From a virus (Duplodnaviria > Caudoviricetes): 29,005 bases of DNA. The position numbers were made by a program, and so were the translations under genes. Below the pieces are notes generated by a model, which searched no databases, had not been told where the DNA came from, and saw only the letters and a list, made by a program, of their open reading frames with translations. The stretch lies in IMG/VR virus record IMGVR_UViG_3300048611_000213, positions 1-29,005 of that record; one strand, given 5' to 3'. Below, piece by piece: positions 8,592-16,288 of the stretch. The number at the start of each line of letters is the position of its first letter. Within the stretch, counting starts at the first letter, position 1.

Positions 8592-9277
8592 CGCCAGTGT
8601 TCCGCGATCCAAGGATACTCTTCCTGCATCGTGGCCGGCGACCGGGGGCCGTTGAAAAACACCATCCTTGCGCGCTGTGGCGCCGGGACGGCCTTCACCG
8701 ATACGATATCGCCGTTCCATGGCCAGATTGCTTCGTCGGGTCCGAGGACGTGGCTGATCCACGACTGGTCATCGACGGCGAGCCCGGCGTCCTTCAAACG
8801 CCTCTGAGCCTTCGCTACCGAGAACTCCGTCCAGACTTCCGGCCGACATCCCGCGTCCATCAGGATCATGGATGCGTTGTAGCGGCTGTAGTCTCCGTTC
8901 CGCATGTGATAGAGCCGCGGCTCCCACATCACGAAGTCCTCTTCCCGCGAAACCAGATCGTCGATATTCGCCCTGATCACAACGTCGAGGTCCATGGCGA
9001 GAATGCGTTTACCGAAGAGCTTTTCCGCGTCCGGCCGGAACAGGATCAGCCGCTGGAACATGCCCGGCCAGTCCTCGACCTCGACCGGCATGTCCACGAT
9101 CTTGACCCTTGGATCGATGCCCTCAGGATCGTCGGTAACACAGACGAGCCGGTGCGGGATCGACAGGTGCCGCTCCAGCATGTTCCGGAGAATGTTGACG
9201 TACTCCGGTCCGTAAACGAACAGGTGGTTGTGGCGCCCGTTGGGATCGAACCACTTGAAGGCGACAATAGTCAGCAT
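8588..9277 (-). CDS. GT-A fold glycosyltransferase
   Basis: ATG 9277: FKW...YGPEYVNILRNMLERHL..PHRLVCVTD, DLDVVI (DxD), YNASMI, DQSWI motifs. Confidence 0.82.
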   Translation of the reverse strand: MLTIVAFKWFDPNGRHNHLFVYGPEYVNILRNMLERHLSIPHRLVCVTDDPEGIDPRVKIVDMPVEVEDWPGMFQRLILFRPDAEKLFGKRILAMDLDVVIRANIDDLVSREEDFVMWEPRLYHMRNGDYSRYNASMILMDAGCRPEVWTEFSVAKAQRRLKDAGLAVDDQSWISHVLGPDEAIWPWNGDIVSVKAVPAPQRARMVFFNGPRSPATMQEEYPWIAEHWR

Positions 9278-9912
9278 GCGTAGCCAAAGACCTCGAAATC
9301 CCGCCGGTAACGCTCGACAGCCATTTCCCGCGTCGCCTCCGTCCACCGCGCCAGCGAATGATCGCTTTCCCGAAGGTGCGGGAGTTTGGACAGTCGCGGA
9401 CCGCCGGTCTCTGTGACCAGCGCCTGCACCCGACCCCACTCCCCCGACAGGCTTTCGAACCGGCACAGCAGGGTCGGCAGAAACACTCCGTCGTGCGTCA
9501 GGTCCACGGTCTGGGACCGGAAATGCCCGCCGTCACCAAGCGTCCGTTCATCCGGTATCGCGCACACCCGCTTTACAAATTCGGGGAACGTCATGTCGTA
9601 ATGAAAGCCCATGGCCACGAAGTCCGGCAGCATCGGCCGCCCCGACGCCTTCCGCAGGCCGAACTTGTCGGCGTAGCAGGATTCCAGCCTCGTCAGAGGC
9701 TGCCGGCAGAACCCGATGCGATATTTGAATTTCGATGCCTCGCCCCGGCTCACATAGTCGAGACGATCCGGCTTCGTCTCCGGATGACCGATGGCCTTCC
9801 TGATCACCCGTTTCACAGATGACGACGCCACCTTGCGCGGGAGAAGAAAAACAACATCCCATTGCCGTATCGCGACCCACGAATGGTTGTCTGCATGATC
9901 GATCGGCATCAT
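9271..9912 (-). CDS. Carbohydrate sulfotransferase (Sulfotransfer_2-like)
   Basis: 5'-PSB-like PRKVASSSVK, 3'-PB-like FCRQPLTRLESCY, HFRSQ, RFESL, terminal YRRDFEVFGY. Confidence 0.85.
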   Translation of the reverse strand: MMPIDHADNHSWVAIRQWDVVFLLPRKVASSSVKRVIRKAIGHPETKPDRLDYVSRGEASKFKYRIGFCRQPLTRLESCYADKFGLRKASGRPMLPDFVAMGFHYDMTFPEFVKRVCAIPDERTLGDGGHFRSQTVDLTHDGVFLPTLLCRFESLSGEWGRVQALVTETGGPRLSKLPHLRESDHSLARWTEATREMAVERYRRDFEVFGYAC

Positions 9913-10490
9913 TTCCGAAAGCACAGCATCTCCTGTTTCCGCGGATGCCCCCACGGGCCGATATATTCCATCGTCCAGCCGCACCCCTTTGCGGTGTCGT
10001 GCATTTCCTTGAGCGTGTAGCTGAACCGTTCATGCGGATGCGACCGCTCGGGATTCTTCACCGGCAGCGCGCAGCGGAAGAACGTCGCGTAGCAGGGGCC
10101 GTCCAGAACCTCAGTTAGATTCGACAGGCACGCCTCTATGTCCGCCCGCGTCAGATGCGTGAACAGCGACTGCGCTACCGCCTTTGTCGGGCGCTTCGAG
10201 AACCTGTCGAAAGCGAACGAATCCGAGACCACGAATTCCGGCTTCCTCGCCGCCACGGTCTCACTGTCCAGCTCGTATCGAAGTCCTGCTTCGATCAGCG
10301 CTCCGTCGATATCGAGCCCGAGATAATTGCCTTCATCGAGGTACGGGATCAGATGGACGCCCGCCCGCAAGGCGCCGCAGCCGATATCCAGCAACACGTC
10401 GTCCGGCTTCATGCCCCTGCGGACAAGGAAGTCGAATGTCAGCGAGCCGATTTCCTGCCAGCGACCGCCGACCGACTCACGGTGGTTCAC
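9909..10490 (-). CDS. Class I SAM-dependent methyltransferase
   Basis: LLDIGCGALRAG...YLGLDID motifs I/II; AQSLFTHL. Confidence 0.9.
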   Translation of the reverse strand: MNHRESVGGRWQEIGSLTFDFLVRRGMKPDDVLLDIGCGALRAGVHLIPYLDEGNYLGLDIDGALIEAGLRYELDSETVAARKPEFVVSDSFAFDRFSKRPTKAVAQSLFTHLTRADIEACLSNLTEVLDGPCYATFFRCALPVKNPERSHPHERFSYTLKEMHDTAKGCGWTMEYIGPWGHPRKQEMLCFRK

Positions 10491-11281
10491 GCAGCCTGTT
10501 CCAGCATCCGCATCACGCTCGCCGGATATTCGCCGGTGTAGGGCGCGACCGGGAGCCGGCGTTCATAAATCCGTTTGAAATGGTCGATCTCACGCCAGTC
10601 ATCCGGCCATTGAACCGTCGCCGATTCCAGCGGCTTCCTACTCCATTTAAAATGCAGAAATGCCGGCCGGTGATCGAAGGCATCATCGGCGTCCGGCACG
10701 CCTTTCAAGGTCTGCGTCATCTCGCCCTGCCGGTACATCGTGCCCTTTCTCACGCGGTAGACGCCGTTCGTCCTGCACAGCGGATGGCAACCGATATGAC
10801 GGAGATCGTCGCCTACGATGTCCCGGCCTTCGAAGCGGATGCGATCCCGGCCCTTGTCCATCAGATCCCGGATCGCCGCGCCTGCCCAGTCCATCATCAC
10901 CATGTCGCCGTCGATCTTTACGACATGGGTATGGCGACTCTTTGACTGCGTGAAGTTGTAGTAGTACGCCGACGAATGCACCGAATCCTCGGGGCACCGA
11001 TCATGGCCCGGCCCCATCGGATGGATGGCGAACGGGTACGGGTAGACCGCGAATTTTCCCGGATGCGCCAGCCGGAACCGCTCGACAATCTCGGGCGTGC
11101 GATCGGTACAGAGATTGAGGCAGACCACGACCTGATCGCACCAGCCGACGATGCTTTCCAGACAGGGGCCGATCCAGACTTCCTCATTGTGGAGCCGAAC
11201 CAGAGCCGAGAGACCCGGTGCGCGGCCATCGGTCCAGTCGGGAACGCAATCATACTGGCGGTGGCCTTCGCGGTTTTTCAT
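10487..11281 (-). CDS. GT2/CgtA-like glycosyltransferase
   Basis: SALVRLHNEE..I..CLESI, NLCTDRTPEIV, YYYNF, VKIDGD; pattern resembles Campylobacter CgtA GalNAc transferase. Confidence 0.75.
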   Translation of the reverse strand: MKNREGHRQYDCVPDWTDGRAPGLSALVRLHNEEVWIGPCLESIVGWCDQVVVCLNLCTDRTPEIVERFRLAHPGKFAVYPYPFAIHPMGPGHDRCPEDSVHSSAYYYNFTQSKSRHTHVVKIDGDMVMMDWAGAAIRDLMDKGRDRIRFEGRDIVGDDLRHIGCHPLCRTNGVYRVRKGTMYRQGEMTQTLKGVPDADDAFDHRPAFLHFKWSRKPLESATVQWPDDWREIDHFKRIYERRLPVAPYTGEYPASVMRMLEQAA

Positions 11282-11814
11282 ATAGACTCAATGTGAAAGG
11301 GCTGACGCACGCCAGCACTGAACCTTTCTGCCGCCTTTAGAGCCGCTTTGACTCTGGCCTCCGGCTTCTGCCCGTTGGTTGCTGAAAGCGCCCCCAGTGC
11401 GATCAAGTCACCACAGCCGCAAGCCGCAAAGCCGTCCACGTTCTCGCCGACCTGATAGTCATCCTCAATGCAAAAAAGGCGCCCGACATAACCTACAAGG
11501 AAAGTCCCCGCCTGTTCGGTCTCGTTCTTCTTCTCCGCGTAGCCGCCTTTCTTAAGGCATTCCCGCACCGCATCAATGAATTCGGTCACCATGTAGGCAT
11601 AGACATCATCGTCCGGATGCCGGCGCGGCGGCTTCAATGCGTATGCCAGCAACTGGCCCATGCGAAACGATGATGTAAAGCCCATGATGAAGTCACCGTT
11701 CCGGAACACCTTCCGGTCGGCACGAACGGTAAGCGAATAACGGCCGTCAACACCAGCACTGTCCCCACCGATATAGACCTTCCCGTCATGCACAAGGCCA
11801 GCGATACAAGTCAT
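11278..11814 (-). CDS. Ntn-hydrolase, HslV/proteasome-beta-like peptidase
   Basis: N-terminal (M)TCI nucleophile Thr, GGDS, RKVF, ACGCG...ALGAL motifs. Confidence 0.78.
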   Translation of the reverse strand: MTCIAGLVHDGKVYIGGDSAGVDGRYSLTVRADRKVFRNGDFIMGFTSSFRMGQLLAYALKPPRRHPDDDVYAYMVTEFIDAVRECLKKGGYAEKKNETEQAGTFLVGYVGRLFCIEDDYQVGENVDGFAACGCGDLIALGALSATNGQKPEARVKAALKAAERFSAGVRQPFHIESI

Positions 11815-11821
11815 CTATCCT

Positions 11822-11916
11822 CTGTCCGGTGTGCGCGTGTGCGGCCCCGGCTACCGGACAGGAAAAGCCGGGGCCGCTCCCACGCGCGGGTTTGGATATT
11901 CAGTCCTGTCCGGTAG
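11822..11916 (-). promoter_or_regulatory. Structured leader: hairpin whose loop can pair with two flanking sites
   Basis: 12-bp stem 11841-11852/11866-11877; 11851-11863 complementary to 11904-11916, and the loop complementary to 11822-11830 beside the RBS. Confidence 0.6.
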
Positions 11917-11948
11917 TAAACTTGTGAGCCGTGACGGCGGATCCGGCG

Positions 11949-12329
11949 TCAGGATTCGTCAGTAGCCGACCGGCGCATCGCGCTCTTGAATTCCTCTGCG
12001 CTACGCACGGCCTCCATCGCGTGGTAAACCCGACGCGCAATCTCTTCGTAACTATCGGGCTCTCCCTTGCCACGAAAGCCATAAGAGATAGCCTCTATCC
12101 CAGCATCCAGCATCGCATCGGTGACGAACTGGAATCGAGCCGCTGGGTCAGACGCGACCGGAATTTCTTCGATATCCGATAGCGTCAGATACTCATTGGG
12201 AAGATCGCTCACGCGATATTTTTCCCAAGACCGGCAGCCGGCTTGTTCCCATGCGCCAAGCAGGATCGTCTCCGAACTTGAACGGATTATTTCCCACTCC
12301 GCTTTGTCGAGAAGACGTTTTTCAGCCAT
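11949..12329 (-). CDS. Hypothetical phage protein
   Basis: GAGG RBS before ATG ATG (12332/12329); overlaps the upstream stop. Confidence 0.6.
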   Translation of the reverse strand: MAEKRLLDKAEWEIIRSSSETILLGAWEQAGCRSWEKYRVSDLPNEYLTLSDIEEIPVASDPAARFQFVTDAMLDAGIEAISYGFRGKGEPDSYEEIARRVYHAMEAVRSAEEFKSAMRRSATDES

Positions 12330-12571
12330 CATCGCCCTCAATAAACCTCGCCAGCGTGCCGCCATCGAAATCGCGGGGCGCGTCGAGTGCCTGTGCGGGG
12401 AATTCGGGCAGCGGGTCTTTGGTGAATGTGCCGATGCCGAATTCGTATTCGCAGGCGATATCAGGATTGATCCGCCAAACGGCATCGCCACGGTAGGACG
12501 ACCACAGACCGAGCGTCACGCATCAATCTGTCTAACCGCTCTGTAAACTCTCTCGTTTCCTGCGTGCTCAT
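12322..12571 (-). pseudogene. Small hypothetical gene, possibly frameshifted near 12515
   Basis: MSTQETREFTERLDRLMRD joins LGLWSSYRGDAVWRINP... if one base is removed. Confidence 0.35.
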
Positions 12572-12599
12572 GCCGTCACCCTTTCCACGACCACAGCCA

Positions 12600-12854
12600 T
12601 CACATCCACCATATCGTCGCAAACCGTGCGACCGACCCTTCGCGTTCGGCAAGCCACTGACGGGCCGCCAGCGTATTGCCGAGCTTTCGACCGGAGGCCG
12701 GATGCGGCGGAACCTTAGGACTCGCGCCATTGATGCTCAGGCGCCTGCGCTCGCACCGCCCACACCGCACGGCATAGACGATGTTATCCTTGGGATCGTC
12801 GCCGAATGCTTCTTCCAGATACTCGCGATGAAAGCCGAGACGGCAGAGGATCAC
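12600..12854 (-). CDS. Small Cys/His phage protein
   Basis: LCRLGFH...RCGRC putative Zn-binding pattern; GTGA coupling. Confidence 0.55.
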   Translation of the reverse strand: MILCRLGFHREYLEEAFGDDPKDNIVYAVRCGRCERRRLSINGASPKVPPHPASGRKLGNTLAARQWLAEREGSVARFATIWWM

Positions 12855-13069
12855 GGCGCGCGCCAGTACTCAGGGCGACGGCTAGACGGCCAAAGCTTCT
12901 CTCTGACCGTCTGCCACTCCGGAACGGCGGCCAACCGCTCCCCCATTTCGATCAATGCTACCAGCGTATGGTTCGGCATGATCAGCATGAACAGGGCGAA
13001 CAGGAGCAGAAAGCCGCAGCCGAGAATGCGCGTCAGAATATCGAGCCAGATTGCTTTGAGCGTTTTCAC
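12851..13069 (-). CDS. Small membrane protein
   Basis: One hydrophobic helix ILGCGFLLLFALFMLIM; 4-nt overlaps at both ends. Confidence 0.6.
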   Translation of the reverse strand: MKTLKAIWLDILTRILGCGFLLLFALFMLIMPNHTLVALIEMGERLAAVPEWQTVREKLWPSSRRPEYWRAP

Positions 13070-13758
13070 GCCGCCACCCTCCCGCCAACCAGCGCCATCA
13101 CGCGCTCGTAAAACCCCACCGTCGCATCCCGTGCTTCTTCCAGCGTATGCGGGGCCAGCCGATCGAACTTGCTGCTGTAGCCGTGGACCTCGACCTTGCG
13201 GCCCAGAAGCCGGGTCCAGAAATATCCATGGTAGCTATTCGTGACCACAGTCTCCGCCGAAGCGAGAAACAGGATTGTTGCCGCAAAGGACGCGTCGTTA
13301 TAGAGCGTCGGCACTCCCCTGAAAGCGTAGGCGGATGGATAGCGGCTCCTGATCGACGGGCTCGCGTTGAGAAACGCAACGGTCTTGCCGACAATCGTAT
13401 ACTCCCTATCAAACAGCGGCGACATGCAGGACGGGCACGGCGCGTACAGCCCCGCCCTCTCCCGTTCCGGCGTCCATTCCCGCGTGCCGATCAGGGCGAA
13501 GCCGTCCGGGTCCGGCCACGGCTCCGTCTCGCCGTGGCGACTCGACCCCGCGCCCCAGATCACCTTCGGCACGTCGGGCAGAACCGGCTTTCTGGCGAGC
13601 CAATTCACCATCGTCCCACCGCCGTATATGACGACATCGCCCTTCGGCTTTTCCGAATAGTTGATGACCTCATGCGGGCCGAAGTCCATGTAGCTTGCTG
13701 GGCATGAGGCCATGTCGCCCGTGTTGCGGGGATCACGGATGTGGGAGAAGGAGATCAC
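13066..13758 (-). CDS. Polysaccharide pyruvyltransferase-like protein
   Basis: NTGD, IYGGGT, IWGAG, GTRE, PCPS, VVTNSYHG...LLGRKV motifs of the PS_pyruv_trans family. Confidence 0.78.
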   Translation of the reverse strand: MISFSHIRDPRNTGDMASCPASYMDFGPHEVINYSEKPKGDVVIYGGGTMVNWLARKPVLPDVPKVIWGAGSSRHGETEPWPDPDGFALIGTREWTPERERAGLYAPCPSCMSPLFDREYTIVGKTVAFLNASPSIRSRYPSAYAFRGVPTLYNDASFAATILFLASAETVVTNSYHGYFWTRLLGRKVEVHGYSSKFDRLAPHTLEEARDATVGFYERVMALVGGRVAA

Positions 13759-13946
13759 GTCCTACGCCAAGCCTCCCACAACGACGCCAGCAAACTCTGA
13801 GAGTCGCACCCTCCCATCTCGCAAATCTGGCTGTCGTTTTCAGCAAACCACTCATCGAAAATTGCCATGCCCGCCTCAAGAGCGTCGGTTGGAATTTCTT
13901 GATCGCTGGCCTGTCGATCTTGAGTCGCATTTACTGTCATTACCAT
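13755..13946 (-). CDS. Hypothetical protein
   Basis: ATG 13946 overlaps the upstream stop; stop overlaps the next start. Confidence 0.5.
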   Translation of the reverse strand: MVMTVNATQDRQASDQEIPTDALEAGMAIFDEWFAENDSQICEMGGCDSQSLLASLWEAWRRT

Positions 13947-14191
13947 CACGCGGCCTCTGCTTCCGGGTCCGGCCAGCCACCGAGATCGTACTTCGCGACC
14001 GTGGACCCGGCATCGTTCATCACGAAGACCTTGCCGCTGTCGTAACGCTGCGTGCCGACACCGACAAGATCGGCGTAGACGACAGGGATTTTGAAATCCA
14101 CGCCCTCCTTCGGTTCCCTCGCGACGCGGACCTCGTAGGCAAGGCGGACCGATTCCTCGTACAGTGTCGTCACGTGTTTGATCGTCAACAT
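13946..14191 (-). CDS. Hypothetical protein
   Basis: Strong RBS GAAGGAG; VFVMNDAGSTVAKY motif. Confidence 0.7.
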   Translation of the reverse strand: MLTIKHVTTLYEESVRLAYEVRVAREPKEGVDFKIPVVYADLVGVGTQRYDSGKVFVMNDAGSTVAKYDLGGWPDPEAEAA

Positions 14192-14236
14192 GTCTTCTCC
14201 TTCGGTTAACCGACCGCCATCGCTGACGGCCGGGCT

Positions 14237-14545
14237 TCACCTCCGTACGAATTCCGTCGTAAGGGTCTTCCGCCCTTCGTCATCGGTGTGCTCTGTCACC
14301 ATCACGCGGTACAACGGCGCGATCTCGAATTTCGGCACCGGATCGAACTGCGGGCTGAACGCCATGTATTCGATGGCGTCCATATCCAAACGATGTTCTG
14401 CCCTGACCACAATCATCCCGGCCATGGCCGCGGCGATCACGTCCGCGTAGTCCTCTATCAGCGGGCGTAAAACCTCAAACCGGCCGATGCGGCGCTCCGT
14501 GTAGAAGTTCGCCGATATCTCGATTTCAGGCAGCGTTTCGATCAT
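14237..14545 (-). CDS. Hypothetical phage protein
   Basis: Start reassigned to ATG 14545 (TGATG overlap): MIETLPEIEISANF...IEYMAFSPQFDPV. Confidence 0.65.
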   Translation of the reverse strand: MIETLPEIEISANFYTERRIGRFEVLRPLIEDYADVIAAAMAGMIVVRAEHRLDMDAIEYMAFSPQFDPVPKFEIAPLYRVMVTEHTDDEGRKTLTTEFVRR

Positions 14546-15204
14546 CACAGAACCTCTTCCAGCTTCGCCCTCGGAAAACAGTCCAGCGCAGACCCCGGCG
14601 TGCAATTCACGACCTCGACCCCAGCCTTCTCGAGATCGGGCGGCAGCGTCCGGTAGTGCGGCAGCCAGCCCTGGAACTGGCCCTCCCCCGGGTTCGTCGT
14701 CATGACGTGATCGGGATGCCAGTGGGCCGCACCGTTCGGCCCCAGCTTCATGTCGTACCCGAGCAGAACGATCCTCTCCGCTCCGAAATGGACGGCGAGG
14801 TTGATCGCCTGGTATCCCGAGTTCCCCCCGGTATTGAGAACCGAGGGATCGAGGCTGAGCCCGTCCGTCTTCGCGTGCTTGAGCCTGAAGATATCCCTGA
14901 ATTCGATATCCTCGACACTGACCTTCAGCCCCGTGAAGCCCGGCGCGTTCTGCGCCGCCCGCCACCAACTGGCGTCGGCGCCGTAGAGGCAGTCGGCCCA
15001 GCGGGCTCGTTCCCAGGTTCGGTTGACGACGATGACCCGGCATCTTCCTTCGTCTCTTGCGCGTCGGACGTATTCGCAGTCTCGCTCCGTGAGGCTGGGG
15101 CCGGAGGCGATGCAGACGACGGTTCCTGTCCAGATTCGGGGGACCCGCCAGCGTTCGCCTCCGGCTCCGGAGGGTGGACAACGACACGAACCTCCGGGAC
15201 GGTC
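14545..15204 (-). CDS. Maf/DUF115/CstII-like putative glycosyltransferase lacking its own start codon (stop-to-stop frame)
   Basis: Hand translation: RWRVPRIWTGTVVCIASGPSLT...VIVVNRTW...LYGADASWW...GGNSGYQAINLAVHFGAERIVLLGYDM...VVNCTPGSALDCFP. First ATG/GTG/TTG is only at 14751. Confidence 0.8.
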   Translation of the reverse strand, partial: DRPGGSCRCPPSGAGGERWRVPRIWTGTVVCIASGPSLTERDCEYVRRARDEGRCRVIVVNRTWERARWADCLYGADASWWRAAQNAPGFTGLKVSVEDIEFRDIFRLKHAKTDGLSLDPSVLNTGGNSGYQAINLAVHFGAERIVLLGYDMKLGPNGAAHWHPDHVMTTNPGEGQFQGWLPHYRTLPPDLEKAGVEVVNCTPGSALDCFPRAKLEEVL

Positions 15205-15374
15205 TCATGGACGCCAACAGGCGTGCTCTCGGGAACCTCGTCCGCCGCGCGCCGCCTGATCCAGCGCCGGGCGGAGGCGGGTTTGAGATCCACCACCTGC
15301 CCGGCCCGGAAAGACTGTTCCACGTCGCCAAGATGATTCCTGACCTCGCGGTCTTCCGTGAACTGGATACGCAT
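14925..15374 (-). CDS. Small head-region protein with low-complexity Ser/Pro tail
   Basis: TGATG coupling to the decoration gene; MRIQFTED...FRAGQVVDL...A.RWIRR; its tail overlaps the glycosyltransferase frame. Confidence 0.7.
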   Translation of the reverse strand: MRIQFTEDREVRNHLGDVEQSFRAGQVVDLKPASARRWIRRRAADEVPESTPVGVHETVPEVRVVVHPPEPEANAGGSPESGQEPSSASPPAPASRSETANTSDAQETKEDAGSSSSTEPGNEPAGPTASTAPTPVGGGRRRTRRASRG

Positions 15375-16234
15375 CACACGATCTCGTCAACCGACGCCAG
15401 ATCGTGATCGCTGGCGATGCCGGTACGCGGCCAGACGCCGAACACGACGGCGGCGTAATCCGAGGTCGTGTCCGCCGGGGAATCCGTGTCCGTCCCCGTC
15501 ACGGTCAGCCGTGCCCAGCGGTAGTCGTTGTCCATATCGAGCTCCTCCGGGCGAAGATCGATGGTCTGCTGTACGTTGGACTCCGACGGCGAAGCCGAAC
15601 CGTCCACCGCCGACGTGGTCTTGCCGGAGATATCCTTGGCGGACCCGCCGGACGTAACCGCCTGTTCCAGCTTCGACGACAGCGTGACCGTCGCGCCGGC
15701 ATCGCCGACCAGAAAGATCACGAGGTAGGCATGGAACTTCGACGTATCGAACCAGTCGCTGGACTGATCGCCCGGCGCATACACGTCGGGATCGATGGTC
15801 GCCACCACCGCCATGACTTCGGAAGGCAGGCAGTTGGGAACCAGCGCCCCCTTGAGCCCCAGCAGAAGGGATGCCTCGTCCGCCCCCGCCGTGGTCAGGG
15901 TCCTGACCATCTTGACGTAGCGGTGGCCCTCGGTGAGCTCTTCACCGCGGACGTTGATCAGCACCTGCTTGTCGCTGTCGTCGGGCGAGGCTTCCGTAAG
16001 CTGGGTAACCGCCTTGCCCGAAACATCCGACCCGCCCGAATCGGCGGTGTTGGACTGAAGCTTGAGATCGTACTTGCCGGTGCTGGCGAAGGTACCAACC
16101 AGACCGACCGCAAGCAGGGCCTCGTAATCCGACATATCGGCGAACCCGCTCGATACCGCCGCCTGTGAATAGGCATCGGGATCGATCGCCGCGATCACGT
16201 CGATGAGTTCTGAAGGAAGGGCATTTGTGAACAT
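15374..16234 (-). CDS. Putative capsid decoration protein, two tandem homologous domains
   Basis: Directly after the major capsid gene; N.LPSE...IDPD.Y, D.SGK and EEL...R motifs each occur twice; AGGAG RBS. Confidence 0.72.
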   Translation of the reverse strand: MFTNALPSELIDVIAAIDPDAYSQAAVSSGFADMSDYEALLAVGLVGTFASTGKYDLKLQSNTADSGGSDVSGKAVTQLTEASPDDSDKQVLINVRGEELTEGHRYVKMVRTLTTAGADEASLLLGLKGALVPNCLPSEVMAVVATIDPDVYAPGDQSSDWFDTSKFHAYLVIFLVGDAGATVTLSSKLEQAVTSGGSAKDISGKTTSAVDGSASPSESNVQQTIDLRPEELDMDNDYRWARLTVTGTDTDSPADTTSDYAAVVFGVWPRTGIASDHDLASVDEIV

Positions 16235-16249
16235 CGCAAATCTCCTTGA

Positions 16250-16280
16250 GAAAGATGGGGGAAGGCCGAAGCCCTCCCCC
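16250..16280 (-). terminator. Hairpin with cUUCGg loop after the major capsid gene (probable leaky terminator)
   Basis: GGGGGAGGGC-TTCG-GCCTTCCCCC followed by ATCTTTC. Confidence 0.6.
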
Positions 16281-16288
16281 GGTCATGG

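Noticed and set aside
5804-8655. 440-aa and 329-aa plus-strand ORFs
   Set aside because: Antisense to well-supported enzymes.
5948-11281. Host capsule/LPS locus or serotype-conversion (gtrABC) cassette
   Set aside because: Not favoured: embedded in and coupled to late structural genes, with no membrane or export components. Not fully excluded.
5948-15204. DNA hypermodification cluster
   Set aside because: No nucleotide-modifying partners (hydroxymethylase, kinase, TET/JBP) recognised and the location is in the late operon; less likely but untested.
14237-15331. 364-aa ORF as listed in the track
   Set aside because: Only the last 102 aa look real; the rest is the third frame over two other genes.
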